From assembly GCA_003344405.1 (NCBI GenBank), contig NOWV01000026.1, forward strand, positions 124,001-188,000: DNA of 64,000 nt, given 5' to 3'. The stretch is from Trichoplax sp. H2. Taxonomy: Eukaryota. The position numbers and the translations under genes are program-made. The stretch's first letter is position 1, and every line of letters starts with the position of its first letter. Below are positions 13,601 through 26,107 of the stretch, piece after piece. The notes below the pieces were generated by a model, which was not told the DNA's origin, did not search any database, and saw only the letters and a program-made list of their open reading frames with translations.

Positions 13601-14724
13601 CCTATCTAAATTAGTCGTTATGAACGTTTTCGCATAGCTCGCATCTTGAAATTTACAGTATAATTCGCTAAATTCGCTAATTACTGCTGTCATGAAATTC
13701 AGAACGTACATGATACCCAGTAATACAGTTATTGAATACATGGATGAACGTTACTTATTGAGAAAAACGTTTTACATTATATATCATATTATCAAAATGC
13801 GGGTGAAGCTAATAATGAAGAATAGTAATGATAGTAATTTTATTTCAGCAATAACCTTTAATAAGCATGACTAAATAAATATTACAATATTCTCAGTATC
13901 CATCAAATAGTTTTGCAAAGAGAGCTCAAAAATTTCGAAAGTAAACAAATACTACCGAATGACACGTATTTGTATCATCAAGATAACATTGTGACACGTA
14001 CGAATACTGGGACTCGAGATAGGATCAGAGTTCAGATATGGACATGAAGTTGTTCCACCGCTAGGAAATTATCGCAAGTTATTGATACAGTATGAATTCG
14101 TAGATAAACGAATAGACACCTTTAGTTTTATCCAAAGTGGAAAGATAAAATGAAAATTCCCGTAGCCTTACAGAAAGTTTTGAAATCTTAAGGCATGCTG
14201 CATATTGGTAAATGAAGCGCATAAAAGACGCAAATAGTTTTAAATCAATTAAATTTACAATTAATGATTCAGAAGATTAGCTAGCTTTATCTCATAAATA
14301 ATGAAACAATCTAACATTAGTAGAAATCGATCTTACATTAGATTTCTATAATGGCATAAATGCCACTCTATCTGTATTTACCCACCATGCGGGCGGGTGA
14401 ACGCGCAAGGGACACTGGATCACCCTCCTGAATTTAATTAAGAAGCGACAATAACTTATCTATCCTAATCGCTCTAGACTAAATTGTATAATTCAAAGAG
14501 TTAAAAAATTTGATCACAGCATGTCATCACTAAGAATCAAAGTTCGTTTTATAAGTTTATAAGTGCTAGATTGTACTTTGGACATCGCTATTCGAACGAC
14601 TCTGCTATCCAATATCCGGTAAATTATAACTGCCAGCGACTGCAACGAAATTTTTATCTTCTATCAGTTGGCATCAAGTCAATTTAATCTTCATAGCAAG
14701 TCTTTAACGAAAAAAGTTATCACA

Positions 14725-15849
14725 ATGGTTGTAGCTTCGAAATTAGTCTTCGATAATCCAGTATTTTCTATGTTTGCTTTTCATTCGAGTGTGCTTGTTG
14801 CTAAAATGCTATTGGTGACTCTGAGAACATCACTAGCTCGAATTGCATCCAAGGTTAGGAGAAATGATCATTATTTGATATATCTCCCTATACTGCAGTA
14901 GGTTAGGGTAGATTAGTCACTAATAGCTATAAATAAAAAAGATTTTAAGCATTTGTGATATTGATCAGATAAAAATTCTATCTATAATTAAACTCTAAGC
15001 ATCGAGTTTTCCTTTCTTTATTTATTGATGTTTTATTTTGTGTATTATATCGAGAGTATTCAAAATTAGATATAGGGTACGAATCTGAAATATACCTGTA
15101 CATATATGAGCAAATATTTTAAATTCAAAATATCTCTCATTTTTTAGTCATTAGGAAGCAAGACATTGACAAATATATTGAATTCTAAATAAAATCTTAA
15201 TTTTAGTGCTTCTCAAATGACGAAGATATACAAGCTTTTACGGATGGAAATAATACTAAAGCCGTAGGACATGGCTCTGGAGATGAATTTGTGGAAAGAT
15301 GTAGAAGGTCATAAATTATTTAAAAAGAAATTATTATGCTCTTACTTATATATTTTGCTGTAGTCACTGCATTCCATATGATAATATATCTATAGACAGA
15401 GTTCTTCATCAAGATATTAAACTATACTTATTCGTGAAAGTGAATTAGAAGTTAGATAGTTTACCGTACCTCAGGCCATACCATATTTAGGTTATTAGAA
15501 TATAACTAAAACAATTTAAGGTTATTTTTGTCCATTAAAATTTCAGTCCATAATATTCAATTCTAACAACTTTAGCATACGTGTATTTCGATTAAATAGG
15601 GCCCATTTGAACGATCTGGAGAACATTCTTCCTTTCTTGGCCGTAGGTTTGCTTTACGTCCTTACCAACCCGACGCCAAAAGCTGCAGGTTGTCATTTTC
15701 GCATCTTCACTGCGGTCCGTGTTTTACACAGTATCGTCTATATTGGTGCGTGGCCTCAACCAAGCCGAACATTTCTTTTCTACATTGGATTGATAACATT
15801 GGCTTCTATGCTTCTATCAGTTGTTAATAGTTGCCCTTTTATGTGGTAA
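14725..15849 (+). CDS. MGST1: MAPEG family, MGST1/PTGES-like (copy 1); exons 14725-14853, 15207-15307, 15600-15849
   Basis: FDNPVFSMF...AKMLL, CFSNDED, VERCRRAHLNDLENILPF, FRIFTAVRVLHS, PQPSR. Canonical 3-exon structure. Confidence 0.92.
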
Positions 15850-17338
15850 AGCGAAATTTTTATGACGTATATATAAAAGTGGTTAATTAGCATTGAACTA
15901 GCACACACTATACTGAATTAATATCGTTTCATATATCGTTATAGTAAGCTTGATTACTATGATACCATCTGTATGTTATCAATTTCTGGATGGAAAATTT
16001 GATATCTCTGTTTTAATCCAGTAACTAATCTTAATAATTTGTTACTATTAGGTAAGCGAAATGATGGCGTTTTTCTCTCTAATTATATTATGCTTGCCTG
16101 AAGTAGAACTTACGATCGTTCATTTTGTACGAGGTCTTAATTGCACAAAATAAGCTTTTTGGCAGAATTATTATATACTTCTTTACTGAGTGATCGAAGG
16201 TTTATTGATTGTATCGGCGTCACTAAATCAAATTCTATCTAGTTATCGCCTTTATTTGTACCCTATGTACATTATCTGACATGCGCTTCTTGAAGGCAAG
16301 TATTATTAGAGGCTGATTTTCAATAAAATTTAAGAGAATTAATATGAAACTGCAATAAATTCAATTACCCGAGATCAAACAGCAACTAATAGTTGTATAC
16401 GTGCATTAATAAAACGTAGGGATATCAGAATTCTGTTCTATAGGATGGCTAACATTTTAAATGATACAATAACTGTATAACTCTACTAAGTTACATTTGA
16501 AAGGATAATATCTTAACTTGAAGTTTTTCGGAAGTCGAGGTCATTCTTTCAGTTTTTTCAGCCCTTAGCGCATAGTAACGAATACAGGAGCTCAATACCT
16601 GATACAGGCAAATGCTTGATAGAAATATTTTACGAAATGGAGTCCATCATATAGGCCTTAATCCTAATTTTTGGATCATTTACTCCAATGAGCAGGCTAT
16701 GCTGCACATTCAGTGTATAGTTATCTATCCTAAGATATTCTGCACAATATAAAGTAACCGCAAATATTAATGCCCTAACGATGTTTGAGCAACTATACGT
16801 AGCATATCGTCAATGTATCACGCGTGATTTATACACAAATAGCATTGTATACAAGATTGCAAGTATTCTTGTATTCTCAATGACAATAAGCTTAGATAGA
16901 CTGGCGACTCCCGGAAATAATACACCACAAGCACGCTCCATGAATATCTTCTCTTTGTACTGTACAGTATAATGGAACTAAGATATTCAATTGAAGGGGT
17001 AGTTTTCAGCAATATCTGTAACAGGGTAAAACAACAATAATGGCCTTTATTGCCAATGTAAGGCCATTTGAAGAGTATCAGCCGCTCGCTGTACTTAACG
17101 ATTTAGTGTAACCTACAACATACTCATACAGTTGTTTACTATACGAGTATTACTATTAAGTTAGTAAACAAAGATTTATTTCTAGAGTAGAATCCACAAT
17201 GATTATGTTATAATCATACATTAATCACGGATCAATGGGTTTTTTCGATTTAGATATAAGGCTGTTGTCCGGTTCTGTACAACACTTTATCGTTGATTAA
17301 TTATATTCATTGGAATGTCATAAGGTCTTTATCTGAAT

Positions 17339-17999
17339 CTAGGCTATCCAGCTCATTATAATTGATAAAGTGACATTAATTGTGATGAATAATCCTATCA
17401 AAAATGATAATGATCTTAATGGAGATCGTTCAAGTAAATAAGCCATCGTATGGATAATTCTAGCTGTAGTAAAGGCTATGATTGATATAGTAGGTATCAT
17501 TACAGAGAGATTTGTAATTACATATAGAAGCCCAACAATAAGGAACACTGGGACGTTCTCCAGGTCGTTTCCGTGCGCTCTAAAGTAATTATAAAAAAAC
17601 GTTACTGCGTGACTTTTCACTATTAAAACTTCTATACTTACTTTATGTTGTAACTTATGAGGAATAATTCATTAAACTGGATTTTACATTAATTATATTA
17701 TCGGTAACAGTAGAGAAACTATTTAGCAAGTGAGCGAGAAGCATTTTATTAAGTGTGAAATATGCCGTACATAGGATTGCAAATATAACATAAATATAAA
17801 TTCAAAATATACTTTGAAAGTCTTATCTCATTACAGCTTAATTGTTATTCACATAAAATCAAGTGGAGCTATGAATCCATGATACAATACTACAGCAATA
17901 ATGCTTTGGTTAAGATTGAATACAGACCTTCTTATACGCTCAATTTTTTTCATTATTGGAGTTATTTTTCGGCTTTCGTCAGAAACTAAAAGCATATGC
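17339..17999 (-). CDS. MAPEG family, MGST1-like (copy 2, divergent). Supported exons 17999-17928 and 17579-17339; the 5' exons (somewhere in 18071-18830) are unresolved
   Basis: IERIRR|AHGNDLENVPVFLIVGLLYVIT...FTTARIIHT...SPLRS. The intron in the RR|AH codon is in the same position as in the paralogs. Confidence 0.8.
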
Positions 18000-18662
18000 C
18001 TGTAAACACCAGAGACGTTATATACAGTAGTTAAACTATAAGATTGTAGGAACTAAAAGCTTTAGATTACCCTTGCTTCCTATCATATAAAGATTAACCA
18101 CGAATATAATGCTCGTTACACTATAACGACCCAAATTCACCATGCTATAGCCATAGTTTACATAGCTGCTGATTCCTATACGGAGCCGATACAGAGCTAA
18201 TTACTGTATAAAGAAATTCGTTATTTGTAAACAGTGGTACTAATTTCTAACTGTGATACTGTGATGTATACTTGTCTTACATTAATGGCAGTAGTAAACA
18301 CATACAGAACTATATCGTACCATACTAACTATTTTTTAGTAACTAATCATTACTAAAAATGGCCTCAGAGTAAATTTACAAGGTAGTCGAACAAGAAACG
18401 AGGAATAATTAGCATACTATGGGTTTTACTATAGTGATTTTTTAATGATACACAGTATCTACAATATATTACAGTTCGAAACAGGAATATTGTACCTATA
18501 GTACAGCATAGTGAAAATCTTTTAGTCATACAATTAAAAGAAGTCCAAAGGCTAATGAAGATCATCTTGAATATTAAGATGCATGAACAAAGTGCATACG
18601 TAGTGAATACTGTACATGATTTTCCATGGACAATAAATCTTGAACGTTGGTCATTATTAGGG

Positions 18663-18692
<30 letters not shown>
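18663..18692. repeat. (ATT)n microsatellite
   Basis: About 10 perfect ATT units. Confidence 0.9.
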
Positions 18693-18695
<3 letters not shown>

Positions 18696-18812
18696 TTTTC
18701 ACTTCTCCAAGCAGATCGAGGAAAAATTTAAATTTACCATAGAGTTCCAACCAAAACATCGGATGCTACATACAGGTTGGTGAAAGCCGAAAATGCACAC
18801 TGAAAATCTCGT

Positions 18813-19136
18813 AGTACTGTACTGTACCTGTAATTTACTGTACTGTACCTGTAATTTACTGTACTGTACAGTACTGTATAATACACACAGTAGATACAGT
18901 ACATTGTATTATGACTCAGTACAGCAGCCCTAACCATTTTACATAAATCACTTTCAACTAGTGTACAGTACAGTACACTGTAGACATTCACAGGCTCAGC
19001 TGCTGTATCGTACTGTACAGTACTGTACGCTAGTACAGTACACCTGTCCCCCCGCTCGAACTTACGCGTACAGTATTATACTGTACAGTACAGTATGTTA
19101 CGCTAATTCTTACAAGTGTCCATGTACTGTACAGTA
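18813..19136. repeat. TACAG/CTGTA array between head-to-head MAPEG copies 2 and 3; includes a 21-bp tandem tactgtactgtacctgtaatt x2
   Basis: Direct reading of the sequence. Confidence 0.85.
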
Positions 19137-19179
19137 AAAAAGTAACCAGAAGCAACTAAGCAGTTTAGCAACAGCAAGC

Positions 19180-20586
19180 ATGGAAATGAAACCGGAGTTG
19201 CTCACCTTCAATAATCCAGTTTTATATCTATATGTCAGTTCAACCTGCATCCTAATACTAAAGATGCTGTCATTAGGAATTATAATACCTCTTATCCGTA
19301 CAATAAAGAAGGTAAGAGGAAGGATTACACTATATTGTATTGTTAAAGTTGATTCAGTAAGTATTATGGATCAAGTCCTATAATTATACAGTAATTAATC
19401 TGTTGAATACTGTAAACTGACCAACGATAGTTACATAATACTACTGTACTGTAATCATTCTCAGCTTACAACTAGTTTTAAGCGTATACTATAAATTAAA
19501 AGTACGGTATTTCAGTATAACTTGCTGGATTAATAACTTATGTGAACATTATTAATTAAGCAGTATAAATCAGCATAGAAATATCTTTTGATTAATTAAT
19601 AAAAATGTTGGACCAGCGTTCAATAAAGATATTGCAGTATTGCAGTATGAGTATCGTATTATTAAGCAGTATAAATCAGAATAGAAATAATCTTTTCATT
19701 AACCAGGAATACTGGACCAGCGTCCAGTAAAAATGCTTAGATTTTGGGCATTTTTTCTCAGTATATCCTTGAAAATTTTTTCTTGCATACTGTACAATCT
19801 CTAAATAATGTATAAGACACTAGCTTAATAGTTATCACTCATCAGCTGACTTATCAGCTAGTAGCACTGATAACTGTATGGACTCGCGGCCAATCACTAA
19901 TTATTTCATTGTATAGATTCCTGGATCACCTGAAGATGCTAAATTTCTTCAAGCTAACATGAAAGACATTGATACGAGAAAGGAATATTTGGAACGAGTA
20001 AGAAGGTACGAGATAAATTTTAGATATTCTCTGGACTCTGGGATTAACGGGTCGTAGCTATTACAGTATTGACTTTGTAAGTTCTGTAAAATAATATTAA
20101 TTTCGATTATTTGCTACTCTTTATGGTGATCCTATGTTGTATTAATACGTAAACACGTATACTGTACTTAGAATACTGTGCATATTTCTGTTAGTTCTAT
20201 TAAAAAACTAGATACTACGTAAATAAAAGGTTAAATTGGGTTATAATTTATCAATCGATAAGATCAATTAAAGACGCTTAACTATGATGACGTATTAAAA
20301 ATCTTTTTCAATATCGTTCTGTTCTCTCTATACTATGGCTAGGTCACATTACAATGATCTTGAGAATATACCCTTCTTCCTCCTGATTGGACTGGTTTAT
20401 GTGTTAACGGATCCGCCAGCTGGCCCCGCTAAGATTTTATTCCGCGTCTATGCTGCTGCTAGAGTGATTCATACTGCCGCTTATATTACTAAAGTAAGGC
20501 AACCAGTCCGTGCCTTATCATTTCTGTCAAGTCTCATTGTTATCCTAATAATGGTTATTTCTATTCTTGTTCATAGCACCCTATAA
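19180..20586 (+). CDS. MGST1: MAPEG family, MGST1-like (copy 3); exons 19180-19311, 19917-20005, 20343-20586
   Basis: LLTFNNPVL...ILKML, IPGSPEDA, LERVRRSHYNDLENIPFF, ARVIHT, RQPVRA. Confidence 0.92.
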
Positions 20587-22108
20587 TTACTACATGAGAA
20601 AAGTGATTGACATTGTTATAGTACAATATTATATTCTAATATGGGTAGTGGTTTTAAATTGCACCTCAAAAGTAGGGAACTGCATAATTTAAAATTCTTT
20701 GCGCTCAACCAGGTTGATGCTATGATGGACACACATCAGTACGCTAAAAATTTGAAGTATTATAAACGATATTAATTCTCAGTGATCGTCCACATTGTGC
20801 GACACATGTGAGTTTGTTCATGTTTTAATCAAAAACGGAGGCGATCTTGTGATAATTGATTTTATCTGATAGATTACATTTATAGTCCAATCGAAAAATT
20901 ATGGAATCTTTACATTTTTGTAAATTTTAGGCAATTTTCTAAATGCTCAGCAGAAGTACGATAACGATAAATAGCAACTTTATTAGTAGAGGTGTACGAG
21001 TGTATATGTTATGGATGCTAATTAAGGTACTAGAGACAATAAAATGAGCATGGTATACTGCACTTAAGCTAATGGTGTAAGGCTTGTTTTCTTAGTTGAT
21101 GTATGTGGTTACTACGTAGTTAAGCGGATATCCTCATATTTCGTATCAATGATATTGTGAAGCAATGATACTAACGGTCATAAAACCAATTAGTGATTCT
21201 CCTGTAGTTGCTGTAAGGAACAATTGACGCTGAAAGCTACTAATTTCTTCAGGACTATTATACGCGTGTTACTATATATTTGGCGTGAGTGCCAATATGG
21301 GCATTTCGTTGAGGTACTCCTCTATTTGATTGATTTTGCTTTATCAAATTAAAGATCTTGCAGTATTTATCCTATATTATAATTAATTATTGACGTTTAG
21401 AGAATCGTAGCATTTCGAAAGCTTTCTATATCAATATCCATTATCGAACTACAGATTGTGCTCATTCAATTCAACATGAGCCTTCAAAATAGATGTCTTC
21501 AAATTTTTTTTTAATAGGGGCTGATTAAACTGATTGTTTGCTGATTATTTAGGCAAAGTAGTTTAAGATTATGAAGCATATAAGTATCCTTTATATAATC
21601 ATATATTCCAATGATCATTTTTACAAATGAGGTATAGATTTAAGGTATCTCATGGTACTGTACCTTCAATATTTTAAAAAACTGAACGAAACGTTGGTAA
21701 TTGCGTTATCATGTGCACTTGCCGTCCAACGGCGTTGCGTGTCAATTGCAGGGTGCAACTGCCTCACATTGCTTATTAATTATCTTCTCTTTTGGTTAAC
21801 ATACAAGAGGACAGAGCTAGTACAAATAGTTACTATCAAAAGAAACTAATATTCTACATAGCCATAGTAAAAAATTTATAGCCACTATGAATTGCCAAAA
21901 ATTAAACTAAAATTGAGATTGTATAAATTATAAAGAATCTCATTCCACATTGACAGTTACACACGTTGGGGTAATTTTTTTTAGTAAATCCTTTCTGCTT
22001 TAATTACATAGCCGCCATATACAAAACCCTCTTTTATTTTATAGTATAATGGATTCTAGCATATCGTAATTTATTGAAATTCTTACTATGTATAACGTAT
22101 TTTAATAA

Positions 22109-22984
22109 CTACAAGTATACAGATGCTTGGCTAATAACTGTAACAGTCATAGCAATAATTAAGAGTAAGCTAATAGTATGAGCAATTGCCCGGGCTGGCT
22201 GAGGTATAGCATTTAGGTATATTATTGTATGAAGAATACGAACTGCAGTAAATGCTCTAAAGTACATTTGCGCCGTATCAAAGGGCGGATCGGTAAGGAT
22301 ATACAATAATCCAGCGAATAAGAAGAGTGGGATATTTTCTAGATCATTTAGGTGCACCCTATACACAAAGAAGTCTAATTATTTGCAAGATAGACAGCTA
22401 TACACTCAGTATACAGTATATCGGTCTTCTTTCGTAAATTTTGCTATCAAATTTTAATTACAAGGAAAAAAATGTCACCTTCTAGTCCGTTCCACAGTTA
22501 CGTTCGTTTTGGTAGAGGAAGTGGAATCATCAACGGTAATTGACGGCTCTGATATCTATTAAAGAAAATAAGTATAAAGTCATGAATAAGAATGCAGCAA
22601 AGTAGTCCGTTTTTAATATTTTTAATTTAAGGTTCGATCTTTTAATAAATGTATTACCACTATGCATCTACTTATACTATTTATTATTATTAATAGAAGA
22701 GTTTGAAATATTTCATGCAGGCATTGCACTCAGCTCCTCTAGTAACATAGCGTTTATTTATTATTATTGTTAATGCTTCATAGGTATGGTAGGATATTTT
22801 ATTCGCATAATGATGATATGATGTGAGTATTTCAGTCGTTGGGGTCCTTGTAGCTCCCCAGCGATCCTACCTTATGACTTAGGATAGTAGCAAATGCTAC
22901 AAAGAACATTTTTAAGATCAAAATGCTAGCATAGAATGCATAGCATGAAAATACTGGATTATCATAAGAAAATCTTGCGGTCAT
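22109..22984 (-). CDS. MGST1: MAPEG family, MGST1-like (copy 4); exons 22984-22871, 22555-22479, 22358-22109
   Basis: MTARFSYDNPVFSCYAFYASILILKMF, VERTRRVHLNDLENIPLF, FRAFTAVRILHT, PQPARA. Confidence 0.92.
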
Positions 22985-23036
22985 AATGACTTCTTCCAAG
23001 CCAGATTTGATTTGATGAGATTCGAGATTTAGTAGC

Positions 23037-24420
23037 GTACTGTACTGTACTGTACACTGTACAGCTGGGCCACCGTAGCTGAGCCACTGAGCCAGAAGCA
23101 CAGCGCAGTCTAGAAAGTGTGGTAAGTGTACGGCTGTACGGCAGCTACGGCTCTTATAGTTCAGTACAGTAGTTTCGTGTACAGCTGCTATCGGGTAGTA
23201 GCCTGCTAGGCTGCTACTACCGTACGGCAGCTAGAAGCTACTGACTCTTGTTATGGGCACGGATCGGACTGGGCCGTTCTAGCATTTGTACGCATCTCTG
23301 TAACGGCTAGAAAAAATGAATCATATACGCTACGGTACAGTATATTATGGTATAAAGTATACCATTTGTACAGTACAGTACAGTACTGTACGTTAGTTTC
23401 AGCAATATTTTTTCCTCTTTGTACTGTACTGTACACTGTACTACCGTAAGGCCGTAACGTAACGATGGCCCAAAATGTACACAGTGATAACTTTGCTTTA
23501 ATACTGTAGTACAGTAATGTACTGTACTGTACAGTACACTAGTTTCATTTCGTTTTGTCAGGCCGGGGGTGGGGGTGGGGCCGGGGGTTTGTGTACAGTA
23601 TACAGTACTGTACTGTTCTGTACTGTACGGTACTGTACTGTACTGTACGGCAACTTGTCTTTTTTACTGTACTGTACTGTACTGTACACTGTACAGTACA
23701 GTAACACACCCACAAACCTACAGTACAAGGTACTAGTACTGTAGAAAGCTTTTTTGAAAATACTGTACTGTAGTGTACAGTACAGTACAGTGTACAGTAC
23801 ACTGTACTGCACTGTACTAGATTCCAAAACTTGAATTCGAGGGTGGTGGAGGTAAGCATTTTGATGTTGTTTGATTTTTCTTCGATTTTTAAAGAGACTC
23901 ACTTTGTAATATACCTTCGCAATTTGTTTATGTTGATCCTTTGCTTTTACCAATTAGGCCCCTATTAATCGATTCATGTAATATTATTAGCCATTCACTA
24001 TACAGCATGCGTTAGACTACTTACCATACTAAGGGTTAACGGTGTACAGTAGACCCTGGTATTTCCAGTCACTAAAAAGCACATACTGTACTGTACACTG
24101 TACAGTGTACAGTGCTGTACAATAATGAGTGCACATACTGTACTGTACTGTACATTACAGTACAGTTCTGTACTTAGTAGGCCTAGACTAAGATACTGTA
24201 TAGATATACGTACAGTACTATATGTACTGGAGGCTGTAAGACTGTGATATACGCAACGTAGACGTTCCGCATACAGTACAGTACAGTATAAAGGGAGAGG
24301 GAACAGGAAATGGCTTTTTTTTAATAAAAATAGTCTCTACTGTACTGTGCACTGTACAGTACTTACTGTTCAACGCATAGTACCTGAAGGATGGTAGTAC
24401 TGTACGATACTACAGTACGA
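23037..24420. repeat. Large patchy TACAG/CTGTA array between divergent MAPEG-4 and ASS1
   Basis: Direct reading; densest at 23500-23820 and 24085-24420. Confidence 0.9.
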
Positions 24421-25723
24421 TGTGTAGCCAACCTCTTGTACCGTCGATGATAGCGACGTTTTTTTTTGCTAGACTCTTCACTGAAAGGAGAAAAATAAAA
24501 GTCCCTTCACTAGCACTGTTCGTATTCGAGGCCAAGGCCTTGTTACATAGTCAGTCGTCGATGTCACTGCTGTGCACTGCCTAGTAAACGTAAAATTGTA
24601 GCTGAAATGAATTTATAATTGCGGTGTAATTTATTTATGAATTAAAACTAGCATTCAGATTTTAAGAATCAACGTACTATATATATAGTACATGTAATTG
24701 TTACAAACAAGTGCACAACATTCGCTACACAATTTTTTAATAAGTATGCGTATACAGGACTGTATAGGTGATGCAAGATGGCGGGTGGATAATATGAGCG
24801 AATTAAAGTACTGTATTAAAGCTGTAAGAAGTATGTCTGCAATTGTATTAGCTCTGAATTTCTTGAGATCTCATTAACAGTACGTTTTTCTGTATGTGGC
24901 AAGCTCCATTAGCAGGTTAAAACGTGACAAATAAATAAACTTCAAAGACTAGATCTAGATATACAGCTGCAGGGCACCGTCTGCGGCTCCTTTTAAGGGC
25001 AGTTGCAGTATAGGTCTTAATTAAAGCCAAATTGGAGATGATACTGCACCATTAAATTAATTACTAAAATTATAATTACCTGATAATTTAGGAATTCACC
25101 AATAAACAAACAGCTCATTTATTACTGTACAGTAAAAACGTCCAACAGCTGCTATGATCGTACATTTTACTGATGTCGGTTTTGCTGCTAAATCGGGATC
25201 GTAACACTTTAAGCAATTAAGAAGTAATCATAAAAGTGCAGCACAAAAAGGGCTTTTTGTAACTCTGACCGTGTGCGTAGCGGTATCATGAAAGGATAAT
25301 ATTTAAAGGATCATAGCACTGTCTTGTATTTGTATTGTTCACGATATAAAGATGTCTTATGCTTCGATGGATCTACCCGAATTTAAGCTAGAATTCGGGA
25401 AATATCAATCGGAGTAGTAGATACTGACTAGCAATGTTTAAAAGAGACCGTAATTAGATAGGGAAATTAAGACCTTTCGCCGTTGATTGCCTAAAATTAT
25501 AGCGATCCTAATTTATAATTTAGATATGGTAACTCATTATTCGGTACTTTTTATGATATCTCTCTATATATATTGCAATGTCATGGTATATTGACAGTCC
25601 AGCGTTGTCTATCCCTGATTCCTGATTCTTGGCGGAAATTAGTAAGTATGGTGTATTCTTTCTATGAGTTATAAACCCAAATACGGTATCTACTATGTAA
25701 GAACAGTTGTAAGTACTTAGCAG

Positions 25724-25906
25724 TAAATTACTACAAGCTATCTGTATCTTTACCGTCTAGACTGAAGTATTATAGTAAGAGTTCTAGTTTCAGCTCGAAT
25801 AAAAACACTAAACATAAATTACTACAAGCTATATGTATCTTTACCGTCTTGAATGAAGTATTATAGTAAGAGTTTCAGTTTCAGTTCCGATAAAAAACAC
25901 TAAACA
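25724..25906. repeat. Tandem duplication, ~91-bp unit x2, about 200 bp upstream of the ASS1 ATG
   Basis: taaattactacaagcta...aaaaacactaaaca occurs at 25724-25814 and 25815-25906 with several substitutions. Confidence 0.9.
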
Positions 25907-26107
25907 TAAAAAACGAGAATAAGCTATTATAACATACTCGACAAGCTTACCAATCTCTAATTATACCTCAAATAATATCCAACTAGTCTGAAGATATGTG
26001 TATAATAATGCAATCGTTTGTAATGGTTTATTTCCGATGATCAATTTATACCATATGCAATAGTTTTCTATCAACAATTATCATTGTGGTCGCGTACTAT
26101 TTCAAGC

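Noticed and set aside
14391..14430. GC-rich hairpin ending GGATCACCCTCCT, reminiscent of the 16S rRNA 3' end
   Set aside because: The match is short and imperfect, with no upstream rRNA similarity. The stem of about 6 bp is too weak to call an RNA gene.
23500..24420. CRISPR-like repeat-spacer array
   Set aside because: There is no constant-length repeat or regular spacers and no cas genes, and the context is eukaryotic.
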